From positions 27,714,001 to 27,778,000 of the forward strand of contig OZ231126.1 in NCBI GenBank assembly GCA_965153355.1: a stretch of 64,000 nucleotides of DNA. Direction: 5' to 3'. A program made the position numbers and the translations under genes. The DNA comes from Flaccisagitta enflata (taxonomy: Eukaryota). Under the pieces are notes generated by a model. The model did no database searches and had not been told where the DNA came from. It saw only the letters and a list, made by a program, of their open reading frames with translations. Position 1 is the stretch's first letter. Every line of letters starts with the position of its first letter. Below are positions 24,479-35,844 of the stretch, piece after piece.

Positions 24479-27172
24479 ATGACGGAATCTTGTACGGAAG
24501 CGGCACCGGCGAAGGAGGTACTGCCGATGGCGACGACGAGTCAACCTCATCTCGCCAAACAGGATCTTTCCACATTAGACGTCAAGTCGTTGACGCCGCT
24601 GTCGCCGGAAGTGATCAGTCGGCAGGCGACCATCAACATCGGCACCATCGGCCACGTGGCTCACGGCAAATCCACCGTCGTCAAGGCGCTCTCGGGAGTA
24701 CAAACCGTCAGATTCAAGAATGAATTGGAAAAGAACATCACCATCAAGTTGGGTTACGCCAACGCGAAAATCTACAAGTGCGACGACCCGAATTTCCCCC
24801 GTCCCGCCGCTTACATCTCCGCTGGCAGTTCGAAAGAAGACTCCTTTCCTTGCGAGGGTTCCAAAGGACATTATAAACTCGTTAGACACGTCTCTTTCGT
24901 CGATTGCCCCGGCCACGACATTCTTATGGCCACGAGTGAGTAAAAGCTTTTTGAGCCATTCTTTTCCGGAATCACTACGCTTTGGGTTTTTCTTATTTCC
25001 ACTTGTCTTGCTGCCTGGTTTAGTTTGTCATTTCGGATCTTCTGTCCTTTTGTGATTCGTTTTCTGATTCCTTTCCCCATATTTCTATTCTCACCATTTT
25101 ATTTCCTTTGTCACCCATGTCACTACATTTCCTTTATCACTCCAATACCGTTGTCATTTCATTTCCATGTCATGTCATGTCATTCTCTTTCCCATGTACC
25201 TCCGTGTCCAATATGCTAAAATCCTCCATATCCCATGTAATACCATTTTCCATGTCATTCCATTCAACGACATTCAATAATCCTCCGTGATAGCCCATGT
25301 CACTCCATTTTCCTTGTCAATGTCAATCCATACTAGTTTTTTTCCCTATCAATCGATGTCATTCTGTTGTCCTTCCATTTCCCATGGCATTCCTTGAACC
25401 ATCACAGCTCTCACGATGTTTCATACTCCATTCCAGTTCCCATGTCAGTCCTTATTCTATGCAATTCCATTTTCCACGCCGACCCATTTCTTTTGGCATT
25501 CCATATCCAGTGTCATTCCTTTTCTTGTGCCAATCTATTTTCCATGCCAAACCAATTTCCATGCCAAACCAATTTCCATGCCAATCCATTTTCCATGCCA
25601 ACCCATTTTCCATGCCAATCCATTTTCCATGCCAATCCATTTTCCATGCCAATCCATTTTCCATGCCAATCCATTTTCCATGCCAATCCATTTTCCATGC
25701 CAATCCATTTTCCATGCCAATCCATTTTCCATGCCAATCCATTTTCCATGCCAATCCATTTTCCATGCCAATCCATTTTCCACGCCAATCCATTTTCCAC
25801 GCCAATCCATTTTCCACGCCAATCCATTTTCCACGCCAATCCATTTTCCAAGCCAATCCATTTTCCACGCCAATCCATTTTCCACGCCAATCAATTTTCC
25901 ACGCCAATCAATTTTCCACGCCAATCAATTTTCCATGCCAATCCGTTTCCTGTGCCAATCCGTTTCCCATGCCAATCCATTATCCACGCCAATCCATTAT
26001 CCCTTGTCATTTCATTTCCCTATTCCCATGCCAGTTCATTCCATTCTCTCGCTCTATTCCATATCTGGAACTATTACATATACCGCTCCATTGTATTCCA
26101 AACCTTATTATCCGTTCTACGTTATTCCATTCCATGAAATGTGTCTTGAATTGTTTTTCTTTTCCTCTACCTTCTCCGCCCTCTCCCCCTTCATCCGTCA
26201 GTGTTGAACGGCGCCGCGGTGATGGACGCCGCCTTACTGCTTGTCGCCGGTAACGAGCCTTGCCCGCAGCCTCAGACGTCGGAGCATTTAGCCGCCGTGG
26301 AAATTATGAAGTTGAAACACATCATCATCCTTCAAAATAAAATCGATTTGGTGAAAGAGTCGGAAGCCACCAAGCAGCACGAGGACATTCTGGCGTTCGT
26401 CAAAGGCACCGTGGCCGAAGGGCAACCCATCATTCCGATATCGGCCCAGTTGAAGTACAACATCGAAGTCTTGTGCGAATACATTACCAAGAAGATTCCC
26501 ATCCCGATCCGAGACTTTACTTCCGACCCTCGCCTCATCGTCATTCGATCCTTCGACGTCAACAAACCGGGAGCGGAAGTGGACGATCTCAAAGGCGGCG
26601 TCGCCGGTGGATCCATCCTACGCGGCGTCCTCAAAGTCGGCCAGGAGATCGAGATTCGTCCCGGCATCGTGTCGAAAACGGAAGAAGGCAAGTTGCTGTG
26701 CAAACCCATCTTCAGTCACATCGTTTCGTTGTTCACGGAGCAAAACGAGCTCATGTACGCGGTCCCCGGCGGCCTCATCGGCGTCGGCACGAAAGTGGAT
26801 CCTACTCTGTGCCGTTCCGATCGAATGGTCGGCCAAGTTCTCGGCGCCGTCGGGTCGTTGCCGGAAATCTACACGGAATTGGAAATCACGTTCTTCTTAC
26901 TTCGTCGTCTGCTCGGCGTGAGAACGGAAGGGGACAAAAAGGCCGCCAAGGTCCAAAAGTTGTCGAAAAATGAAATCTTGATGGTGAACATTGGTTCGCT
27001 GTCCAGCGGCGGAAGAGTTCTCGCCGTCAAATCGGACTTGGCCAAAATCGCCCTTTCCAGTCCCGTGTGCACCGAAGTCGGCGAGAAAATCGCGCTGTCA
27101 AGAAGAGTCGACAAACATTGGCGTCTCATCGGATGGGGACAGATCAGGAGAGGAGTCAAAGTGCCGCTTTGA
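24479..27172 (+). CDS. EIF2S3: Eukaryotic translation initiation factor 2 subunit gamma, two exons, ~475 aa
   Basis: Exons 24479-24935 and 26202-27172. The GT-AG intron splits the Met codon (A|TG) of [15 protein letters not shown]. Motifs: [41 protein letters not shown]. Confidence 0.97.
25530..26000. repeat. 17-bp minisatellite (CCATGCCAATCCATTTT)n in the eIF2-gamma intron
   Basis: Roughly 27 units read directly; CCATG units are followed by CCACG units; the flanks are degenerate. Confidence 0.95.
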
Positions 27173-27986
27173 AACGGACTGAGAGTGGAAAAAGGAGATG
27201 CGCCAATGACGTAGGATGCTCAAAAGTAGCCTGATATGTCAACTTCAACTTAATTTTTAAAGTTATGTCGGCTTGTTTTAAAAATGTCCAGTAAGTCGTC
27301 CAGAAAGATTAAAAAATAATTTATATCCTTTTTACGGTGACCGGAATGAAAGTTTTTGTGAAATGTTAATATCCGCGATGCGATCATTTCCTTACAATAG
27401 TTTCAAATTATATGTTAGCAAATAAAAAATTTATTTTTCCATCGCCACATCTGTTATCACGGTTCGCGTCTCATATCAATAAATGTGAAAAACAATAGTG
27501 AATATCATTAGCTACTTTTGAGATGATCGATGAGTTAGGCTGTCTCTGAGAGAAAGTCAGCTTGCAGGGCGGGGTATGTTGTCTAGTTTCCTTTTGGCTC
27601 CAGACTTATTTGTCATTGGAACGGCGATGCGTGTATCAGTTTCCGGCTTTCCATTTAGCCCTTATTAGTTATTACTAGACCCAAATTAGTTTGTATGAAC
27701 GTTCAGTCTTTCGTTTGATAGCCTGTAAATAATTATACATAGAAAAACGACCAAAATCACTCAGTCCGGTCTAATGCGGTCGTGCGTGTACAGATGATTT
27801 GTCACGATGGGAAAACGGATTTAGTTTTTTTTTCTTAGTGACCTGTTTGTCTATATGGCGTTTCACTTAGAAATCGATCTAACATTTGCAGAACTACAGC
27901 GAAAGAAAAGATACAAAAACTTGCTTGTAAGACGTTGCGTCCTAGCAATAGGATATCCAATGACTCTCCCTTTGTAACTTAGAACA

Positions 27987-30900
27987 ATGTGTCAAGTGGA
28001 CGATGGCGATCTTTACATGCGCAAAGACGCTCCGCGCGTGCGCAAAACCGAGTCACGTGACGAATGCGTGAAATGTTCCAGTACAGACGTCGTTATTCCT
28101 CATGGAGGACACGCGGCTTTGTGCCGTGTTTGCTTCCTCGGCAATGTCAACCATAAATTCCGCGCCACCGTCGCCAAATCTCAGGTCAGGGCCAACGTCG
28201 TTTGATCGATGGAATGAAAATTAGTTGCATCCCCCTATGACGGATCCGAGACTGAGGGAAAATAGGTTTTGTTTTTGTTCTACTATACCTCGAATGCAGC
28301 TCGGAAAGGTTTTGCCCTGATGGTAACAGCTCATAATGATGGGTCTGGGGGGATTGATAGATGTGAACAGATTGATAGATATTTTAGTTAATGTGGATTG
28401 ATATTGAATTAAACTGATGTGATTACAATTACATCTATCATAAGTTACGGGGAGGGTTTAATTGTATTTGTAGTAGTCATCGTCAGGAAAACCATTATTG
28501 GTTGCTTTCATGAGCTGCAACTCGTCCTTGTGTCTTAGTGTTTGTTGTATGAAAAAAAAATGAATTCCCTTCCAGGTATTGCGTCAAGGCGAGACTGTGC
28601 TGTTGGCGTATTCTGGGGGCGTCGCTTCGGGCGCCATGTTGTCGCTCGTCGCCGAAGGAGTTCGCGAAGGAACGGCCAAGAAACTGCGATTTCGTCCTGG
28701 CGCCATCGTTTACGTCGACGAATCGTCGGCGACGTCTGTTTCAAGTTCCGGTCTAGACGACGACGCGGCGGAGGAAAACTCGCGTCGTGAAATCCTCGAG
28801 TCCCTCTCTCGACATTGCAGGACGATATTTGGTCAGGAATCAGTTGATGGAGGGGAGGTAGAAAAACCACCCCCTTACTCGCCTTCACTCTTCGTGGCTC
28901 CGCTGGAAAATGCGATGGCGATTGGAGAGCACGGACGGTCAGATGATATGAATTCCTCTTCTCCTTCCTCCATCGTCGAACCCAACAGTCCTTCCTCCAA
29001 ACTCTTTGTTGACGTCATGGAAAAATCTCTCGGAGTTGACGCTTATTTGGCTCTGAAGCGTGATAAAAAAACGATTCAAAATCGACGCAGATTGTCGACG
29101 TTTCTGACGAGTCTACGATCGGCGACGTCAAAGATTCGAGCCGTCCAACTTATCAGGAGAAAGTTGATTAGTCGGATAGCGAAACTTCATGGGTGAGAGT
29201 GTGATGAAACTTGACTATAAGATTAGGATTATATGCGGTTCTTCTTCATCTTTAACAAGGCCGGATACACGGCTACCGAAGTCGCGTGCGGGTGGGCGGG
29301 GGCAGTGATGAAATGTGCTAACTTAAGCATTTTAGCAAGAGCAGTAAAGTAAAAGACGCCTAAAACGCTGAAAACGCTATAACAGCATGATGACCGACCA
29401 TCCGACCGACCGACCGACCGACCGACCGACCAACATAGCGGGTTGTAGAGTCGCGAGCACGCGACTAAAAACAAGATGGTATTTTAGGCAGTTTTGATAT
29501 CAGAGTGAATAAACTGAGTATGTTCTTTGTATGGCAAGGGTACTGATGTGTTTGGGTCTGCTGAGAGAAGAACGATATTGCGCTGCGATTTTAATCTTTG
29601 AATTTGTTTTGCAAAAAGATCGTTCAGAACAGAGTTTTCTGGGTTTTTGCATTTATGCAGTTTTGTAAACGTAATGGAGGGTATGTCTTCTTCACAAGTT
29701 CGGATCTAGCTGACATGACTACATCCGGCAGGCTTATGGTGCCTCAAGAACCTCCTTGATTTTCATTATGTGTATATCTCTATAGTTATGTGCACGTGAT
29801 GGAGGGCGTTTCGTCTTCACGCGTGGCGATCGAGATTATGACTGATTTGGCGTTGGGTCGCGGAACTCAAATTCCTAAAGACGTGGGGCTCGTCGATGAT
29901 CGATTTCATTCGTTAGACGGCGTCACTGTCGTCAGACCACTCAGGGAATTCTCCAACAAGGAAATCGTCGTCTACAATAAGTACGCTGACGTCTGAGTTA
30001 TCAACAGACTGACAGTCTCCTTAAACTGGTTAGCGCCGTTTAATTTTCGAATCTCATCTTCATCTTTTTTGCAGCCTTGCAAAGGTTCCTACGTTGGTTA
30101 TGACGAATATGGAAACTGGCGCCTCTCCCTTAACGAGCATCCAAAGGGCCACGGAGCATTTCATTTTGGGTCTACAAGCCGACTTCTCATCCACCGTCAG
30201 CACTGTTTGCAAAACGGGCGAGAAACTCGCTGGTAACCAACTGAAAGGTACGCGTCTTTCTTCATTGTTGCTTCTTGGGTATGTTTACTTACATGGGCTT
30301 CCTTGCCCTCAATACTAGCGTGTATCGCATGTGAGATGGTGATCTGGCTGGGCCCAAAAGCAGAAGACGCTTGAAATGTTTTGGTTGCGTGCTAGATCGA
30401 TAAAAGCGTCTTCCAACTTCTAAATTATCTCATAGGAAGACCAGCAACATCGGACGAAGGCGTAGAGCGTTGTTGTTTGTGTAGCACGACGATGGACGTG
30501 GCCGAGTCACCGCTGGATGATGCAGAATTACTACATAAGATAACGTCGCCATCTCTCGGCGAAAGCAACAGTGGCAACGGAAATTTCTTGGCCACCGCCG
30601 CACGTGCTCTTGACGTCACTACTGTTATCTCGCGAGCATCCTCCCATGCTGAAGAGGTATCATGTTTTTGTAACGTGTTTGCGGTTGACGCCCGTGCATT
30701 TTGTCGTCGTTAAAGTACCAAAACGTTGATAAACCGCACTGACGAAGACAAAATTGCGCCCTTAGTGTATGCCCCCTTTGTCAACAGCTGCGCCATTTGT
30801 CAACATCCGCGCCCTCTGTCAATGTCGGTCCAATTTGCCATTGTCGGTTCCATTTGTCAACATCAGTCCCATTGTCCGGCGTCAGTCCTTTTTGTCAATG

Positions 30901-33796
30901 TCTGTCCAATTTTTTATCAGTCACTTTTGCCATTGTCAATCCCATTTGACAATGTCAGTCCCATTTGCCATTGTCAGTCCCATATAAAAATGTCAGTCCC
31001 GTTTGTCAACATCCGTCCCATTGGTTGACATCAGTCCTTTTTGTCAATGTCTGTCCTATTTGTTGGTGTTAGACCATTTTGTTATCAGTCAGTTTTGCCA
31101 TTGTCAGTCCCATTTGCCATTGTCAGTCCCATTAGCCATTGTCAGTCCCATTAGCCATTGTCATTCCCATTTGACAATGTTATTCCCATTTGACACTGTC
31201 AGTCCCATTTGACACTGTCAGTCCCATTTGACAATGTCATTCCCATTTGACAGTGTCATTCCCCTTTGACAATATCATTCCCATTTGACAATATCATTCC
31301 CACTTGACAATATCATCCCCATTTGACAATATCATTCCCACTTGACACTGTCAGTCCCACTTGACACTCTCAGTCCCACTTGACACTGTCAGTCCCACTT
31401 GACATGGCCAGTCCCATTTGACAATATCATTCCCACTTGACACTGTCAGTCCCATTTGACACTGTCAGTCCCATTTGACACTGTCAGTCCCATTTGACAC
31501 TGTCAGTCCCATTTGACACTGTCAGTCCCATTTGACACTGTCAGTCGTATTTGACACTGTCAGTCCCATTTGACGACCTCAATCCCACATGACGACGTCA
31601 GTCCCATTTGACATTGTCAGTCCCATTTGACAACACCAGTTCCATTTGACATTGTCAGTCCCATTTGACGACGCCAGTCCCATTTGACGATGTCAGTCCC
31701 ATTTGACGATGTCAGTCCTTTTTGGACGTCAGTCCCATTGGACGATGTCAGTCCCATTGGACGACGTCAGTCCCATTGGACGATGTCAGTCCCATTGGAC
31801 GATGTCAGTCCCATTGGACGACGTCAGTCCCATTGGATGACGTCAGTCCCATTGGACGACGCCAGTTCCATTGGACGACGTCAGTCCCATTGGACGACGC
31901 CAGTCCCATTTGACGATGTCAGTCCCATTTGATGACATCAGTCCCATTTGGCGACGTCAGTCCCATTTGATGACGTCAATCCCATTTAATGATGTCAGTC
32001 CCATTTGACGACGTTAGTCCTATTTGACGACGTCAGTCCTATTTGACGACGTCAGTCCCATTTGACGACGTCAGTCCCATTTGACGACGTCAGTCCCATT
32101 TGACGACGTCAGTCCCATTTGACGACGTCAGTCCCATTTGACGATGTCAGTCCCATTTGACGACGTCAGTCCCATTTGACGACGTCAGTCCCATTTGACG
32201 ACGTCAGTCCCATTTGACGACGTCAGTCCCATTTGACGACGTCAGTCCCATTTGACGACGTCAGTCCCATTTGACGACGTCAGTCCCATTTGACGACGTC
32301 AGTCCCATTTGACGACGTCAGTCCCATTTGACGACGTCAGTCCCATTTGACGACGTCAGTCCCATTTGACGACGTCAGTCCCATTTGACGACGTCAGTCC
32401 CATTTGACGACGTCAGTCCCATTTGACGACGTCAGTCCCATTTGACGACGTCAGTCCCATTTGACGACGTCAGTCCCATTTGACGACGTCAGTCCCATTT
32501 GACGACGTCAGTCCCATTTGCCATTGTCTGTCCCGTTTATCTTATATAAATCCTCACCATTTAAATTTTTTGAAATCTGATTTAAGATTTGTATTCCTGG
32601 TGAAATTTCCAACCGTTTGATAGGTCACACTATATAATTTCATGAAAAAAATCTACATATTTTGGGCCACCATTGTTTTTATTATAACGGTAGCTTTGAA
32701 AAGGAAAAAAAAAAATTCATAAACCACAGAGTGACCTATCAAATGATTGGAAATTTTATCAGGAATAACGAATCTTGAGTAAGAATTTAAAATCATATAA
32801 ATGGTGAGGATTGATATAAGATATTCAAAAATTTTGAAATATTTAAGCGATTTTTGCAAAAAAAATTCTAGGGAAATTTGTTGAAAAGGTCATTATCAAT
32901 TCTCTTTCTTAAAATGTTCCGACTTGTGTAAGTCATTGCTATCGGGGAATTTTTTTAACTCTTATCCAATTAAGGCCCACCAGGGGGGGCCGGCAACCCC
33001 CCAAACATGCCGTAAGAATTAATTTTTTTCTTGATTCACACAAATTCATGTCCAACTAAGAAGAATCTGCTGACAAATCAATTCTTACGGCCTAGGAAGA
33101 TAGCTAAAATTGATTTTAGTAATATCAAAAATCAAGAAAACCAGATTGCAATGGCAATCGTCACAGAAGAGGTTGAGGAAACATTTTAGTGTTCTTAACA
33201 AAATGCAGCAAAGGATAAATCATCAATGTTTCACCACATGCTCAACTGCACTATGACACACAAAAATCGGGTTTCATTAGTAATCAAAGATTAAAAATTG
33301 ATCGTAGAATTTGCTGATAGTGACTTTTTTGGACTATATAAAGTTAAAAAATCACAACTAAGTGGCAGAATTTGTTTCATAGAAAATAGTCGTACCCTAA
33401 AAAGGCTCTTTAGACATTATCAGCCTCCTTCCTCCTTCCTCCTCTGAAGGCCCCCTGTGTTCGCGTTATTCTCAGCCAAAACAAGTTCCTTTCCTTCATT
33501 ATCTTACCAATTTCATTTTCCTACTTAAGCCTCCATTGGAAATCAACGGTGATCTCACCCAACAAAAATTCGAGTCGGCCGTCTCTAGAGCGCTTTGCTA
33601 CAGCTGCCGATTGATCTGTCAAGAAACCAACGAACGTGGCTCAAAAGGGAGTAAGACGACTGAGAATCATGAAGCCCCGACAGCTTCATCTTGCCTGGAC
33701 AATTTACCATCTTTCGTGATTGAAGGCGCTCAGCAAAGGGACAATCAAATCATTCTAAAGAATAAGATAAAAGATTTCCTGTTGGATAACACGTGA
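27987..33796 (+). CDS. CTU2: Cytoplasmic tRNA 2-thiolation protein 2, six exons, ~556 aa
   Basis: Exons: 27987-28184, 28576-29192, 29786-29980, 30075-30247, 30436-30656, 33530-33796 (1671 nt, phases compatible). N-terminus MCQV...CVKC...CRVCF...HKFRA, then VLLAYSGG, LALGRG, VVRPLR, LQADFSSTVSTV and LCYSCR, all matching animal CTU2. Confidence 0.92.
29661..29720 (+). pseudogene. Decayed partial duplicate of CTU2 exon 3 (pseudo-exon)
   Basis: After an AG acceptor at 29659-29660 the sequence reads FVNVMEGMSSSQVRI* in the same phase as the real exon 3 (YVHVMEGVSSSRVAIE), which starts 125 nt downstream. Confidence 0.7.
30770..32535. repeat. 19-bp minisatellite (GACNNNGTCAGTCCCATTT)n in CTU2 intron 5
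   Basis: Roughly 90 units; degenerate at the 5' end and near-perfect from ~32045 to 32520. Confidence 0.95.
32539..32822. mobile_element. Palindromic repeat fragment related to the core of the 19911-20507 element
   Basis: Inverted arms ATCTTATATAAATCCTCACCATTTA...TAAATGGTGAGGATTGATATAAGAT. Shares the TTTGATAGGTC / GACCTATCAAA core. Confidence 0.55.
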
Positions 33797-34104
33797 TGTT
33801 TGGCCCTCCCGACTGCTAGAATGAAAAGCATCCAACGATGTGTTAGGACAGCTACATGCCGCAAGAACGGAGCCGAGAAAAATTGAAGTTCCCCCAGAAA
33901 AAATAAAAATCTTTATCCCTTCAATTCACTTCTTATTTCTTTTTCTTGGCTATGATAGTAATATGCTGATAACAAAGATTAATTAGACCTTAGATATCCT
34001 TTATTGTTGGGCTCAACTGTATTGCGCTTTTGTTGTTTTCTCTCAGGACACTAAGCTTGACAAGGCAGTTACAGCTAGCCACGGTCAGTGTAACTGATCA
34101 TTGA

Positions 34105-34600
34105 ATGTCATCTTACTGCCCTGGATAACTTACTCAATTTATTGCCAATTAAGCAGTGTTGGATATTGAGATAAGTAGTTATGCTTAGTCAGGGTGGCAG
34201 AAGGTTCCATACTCCTGAACCCTGAGACGCATAATTTTATGGTTAATTTAGGGAAACTGTGGTTTGGAGTGTTTTTCTGTGTTCATTTTGAATGTCTAAG
34301 ACAGATTTTTCATGCTTGCCAACTTGCCAAGCCAAATGTCATCTTACTGCCCTGTATAACTTACTCAATGGTAGTTTTGTCAACTTTCTAAATTTATTGC
34401 CACTGGTAGTTTTGTCAATTAAGCAGTGTTGGATATTGAGATAAGTATTTATGCTTAGTCAGGGTGGCAGAAGGTTCCATAGTCCCGAACTTTGAGACGC
34501 AAAATTTTATGGTTAATTTAGGGAAATACTGTGGTTTCGAGGGTTTTCTGTGTTCATCTTGAGTGTCAAGACGGATTTTTCATGCTTGCCAAATGCCAAA
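34105..34600. repeat. Diverged tandem duplication of ~230-260 bp downstream of CTU2
   Basis: ATGTCATCTTACTGCCCTG...AATTAAGCAGTGTTGGATATTGAG...CATGCTTGCCAA occurs twice in tandem. Confidence 0.85.
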
Positions 34601-35338
34601 CCAGTAAATGCCATAGATACCCTGCAATTGCGAGGTTGTCAGAATCTAAATTTTAGTAATTTAGCCTAGTTTTTATAGAGAAGGCCGTATAGAATATTGT
34701 GGCCATCAAGCCCCTGTGTTTGGCCTTTTCATTTCTTTCTACTCTTTGCTCGGATGTAACTTTTGATTCACCAATCTTATTGGTGAAGTTGTGTTGGAAA
34801 ATCACCCAAGAAGCAATTCAAGGTCAACAAGAATATGTTGTAAAGTTATATGTTGTATAAGTTATATGTTGTATAAGTTATATGTTGTAATGTTTTACAA
34901 ATGCTTTCCTGATTCATGGAAAACCAGGAGTGGTTCAGGTGGGTGGAGTGGGATTAAGTGGCGTTAGGTGTTTTTTTCCCATCAGGGTGGGATTTGATGG
35001 ACTGTGTAGTGTGTAGGTGGGTGGAGTGGGATGAAGTGGCGCTAGTTCTTTTTTTCCCATCAGAGACAGACAGACAGACAGACAGACAGATCACCGAGAC
35101 AGACCGCCGATACACAATGGGCATAATCAAGGCTGGGAATTAATAAGAAGGAGAAGAAAGGAGAGAGACAATGGAGAGTAAAAAGGAAGTGTAAATGAGA
35201 ATGGGGAAGAAAGCCAGAGAGAGAGCGAGAGAGAGCGTTTGCGATATTCTTTGTGTATGTCTGAGCGTTGGGGGTGGGTTGGATGCCCCTGCCCACCCGT
35301 CCGCAACGATATTGTGACCCCGTGTCACTTGTTTTAAG

Positions 35339-35844
35339 CAGGGGTGCGAAAGCTAAAAAGTTTTTAACCTTTTTTAACTTTTTTTAACTTTTTACAACTT
35401 TTAAAGTAAATTTAAAAAAAGTTAAAAAATGTTAAAAAAGGCTAAAAAGTTAAAAAAAGTTAAAAAATGTTAAAAAAGGTTAAAAAGTTAAAAAAAGTTA
35501 AAAAATATTAAAAAAAGTTAAAAAGTTAAAAAATCAGGTTAAAAAGTTAAAAAGTTGAAAAATTAAAAAATTAAAAAGTTAAAAAGCTTTGATAGCCCAT
35601 GGTTTTTAGTCAGTGCTTTTTTATTGCCAACTGCAGTTTTTTAATATTTTTTAACTTTTTTTAACATTTTTTAACTTTTTAACATTTTTTAACTTTTTAA
35701 CTTTTTTGTTTTTTAACTTTTTAATATTTTTTAACATTTTTTAACCTTTTTTAACTTTTTTTAACTTTTTACAACTTTTAAAAAAAAGGTTAAAAAGTTA
35801 AAAAGTTAAAAAAAGTTAAAAAATTTTTAGCTTTCGTACCCCTG
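35339..35844. mobile_element. TIR element filled with inverted AT-rich (GTTAAAAA)n tracts
   Basis: TIRs CAGGGGTGCGAAAGCTAAAAA / TTTTTAGCTTTCGTACCCCTG; TTTAAG is repeated on both flanks. Confidence 0.7.

Noticed and set aside
24770-24870. Reduced cysteine count in the eIF2-gamma zinc-knuckle region
   Set aside because: This segment varies among eukaryotic orthologues, so it is not evidence of pseudogenisation or novelty.
25297-26253. Long overlapping ORFs (up to 318 aa) in several frames
   Set aside because: They are translations of the stop-free 17-bp minisatellite inside the eIF2-gamma intron.
30770-32535. CRISPR-like appearance of the palindromic repeat array
   Set aside because: The units are contiguous with no unique spacers, there are no cas genes, and the context is a eukaryotic intron.
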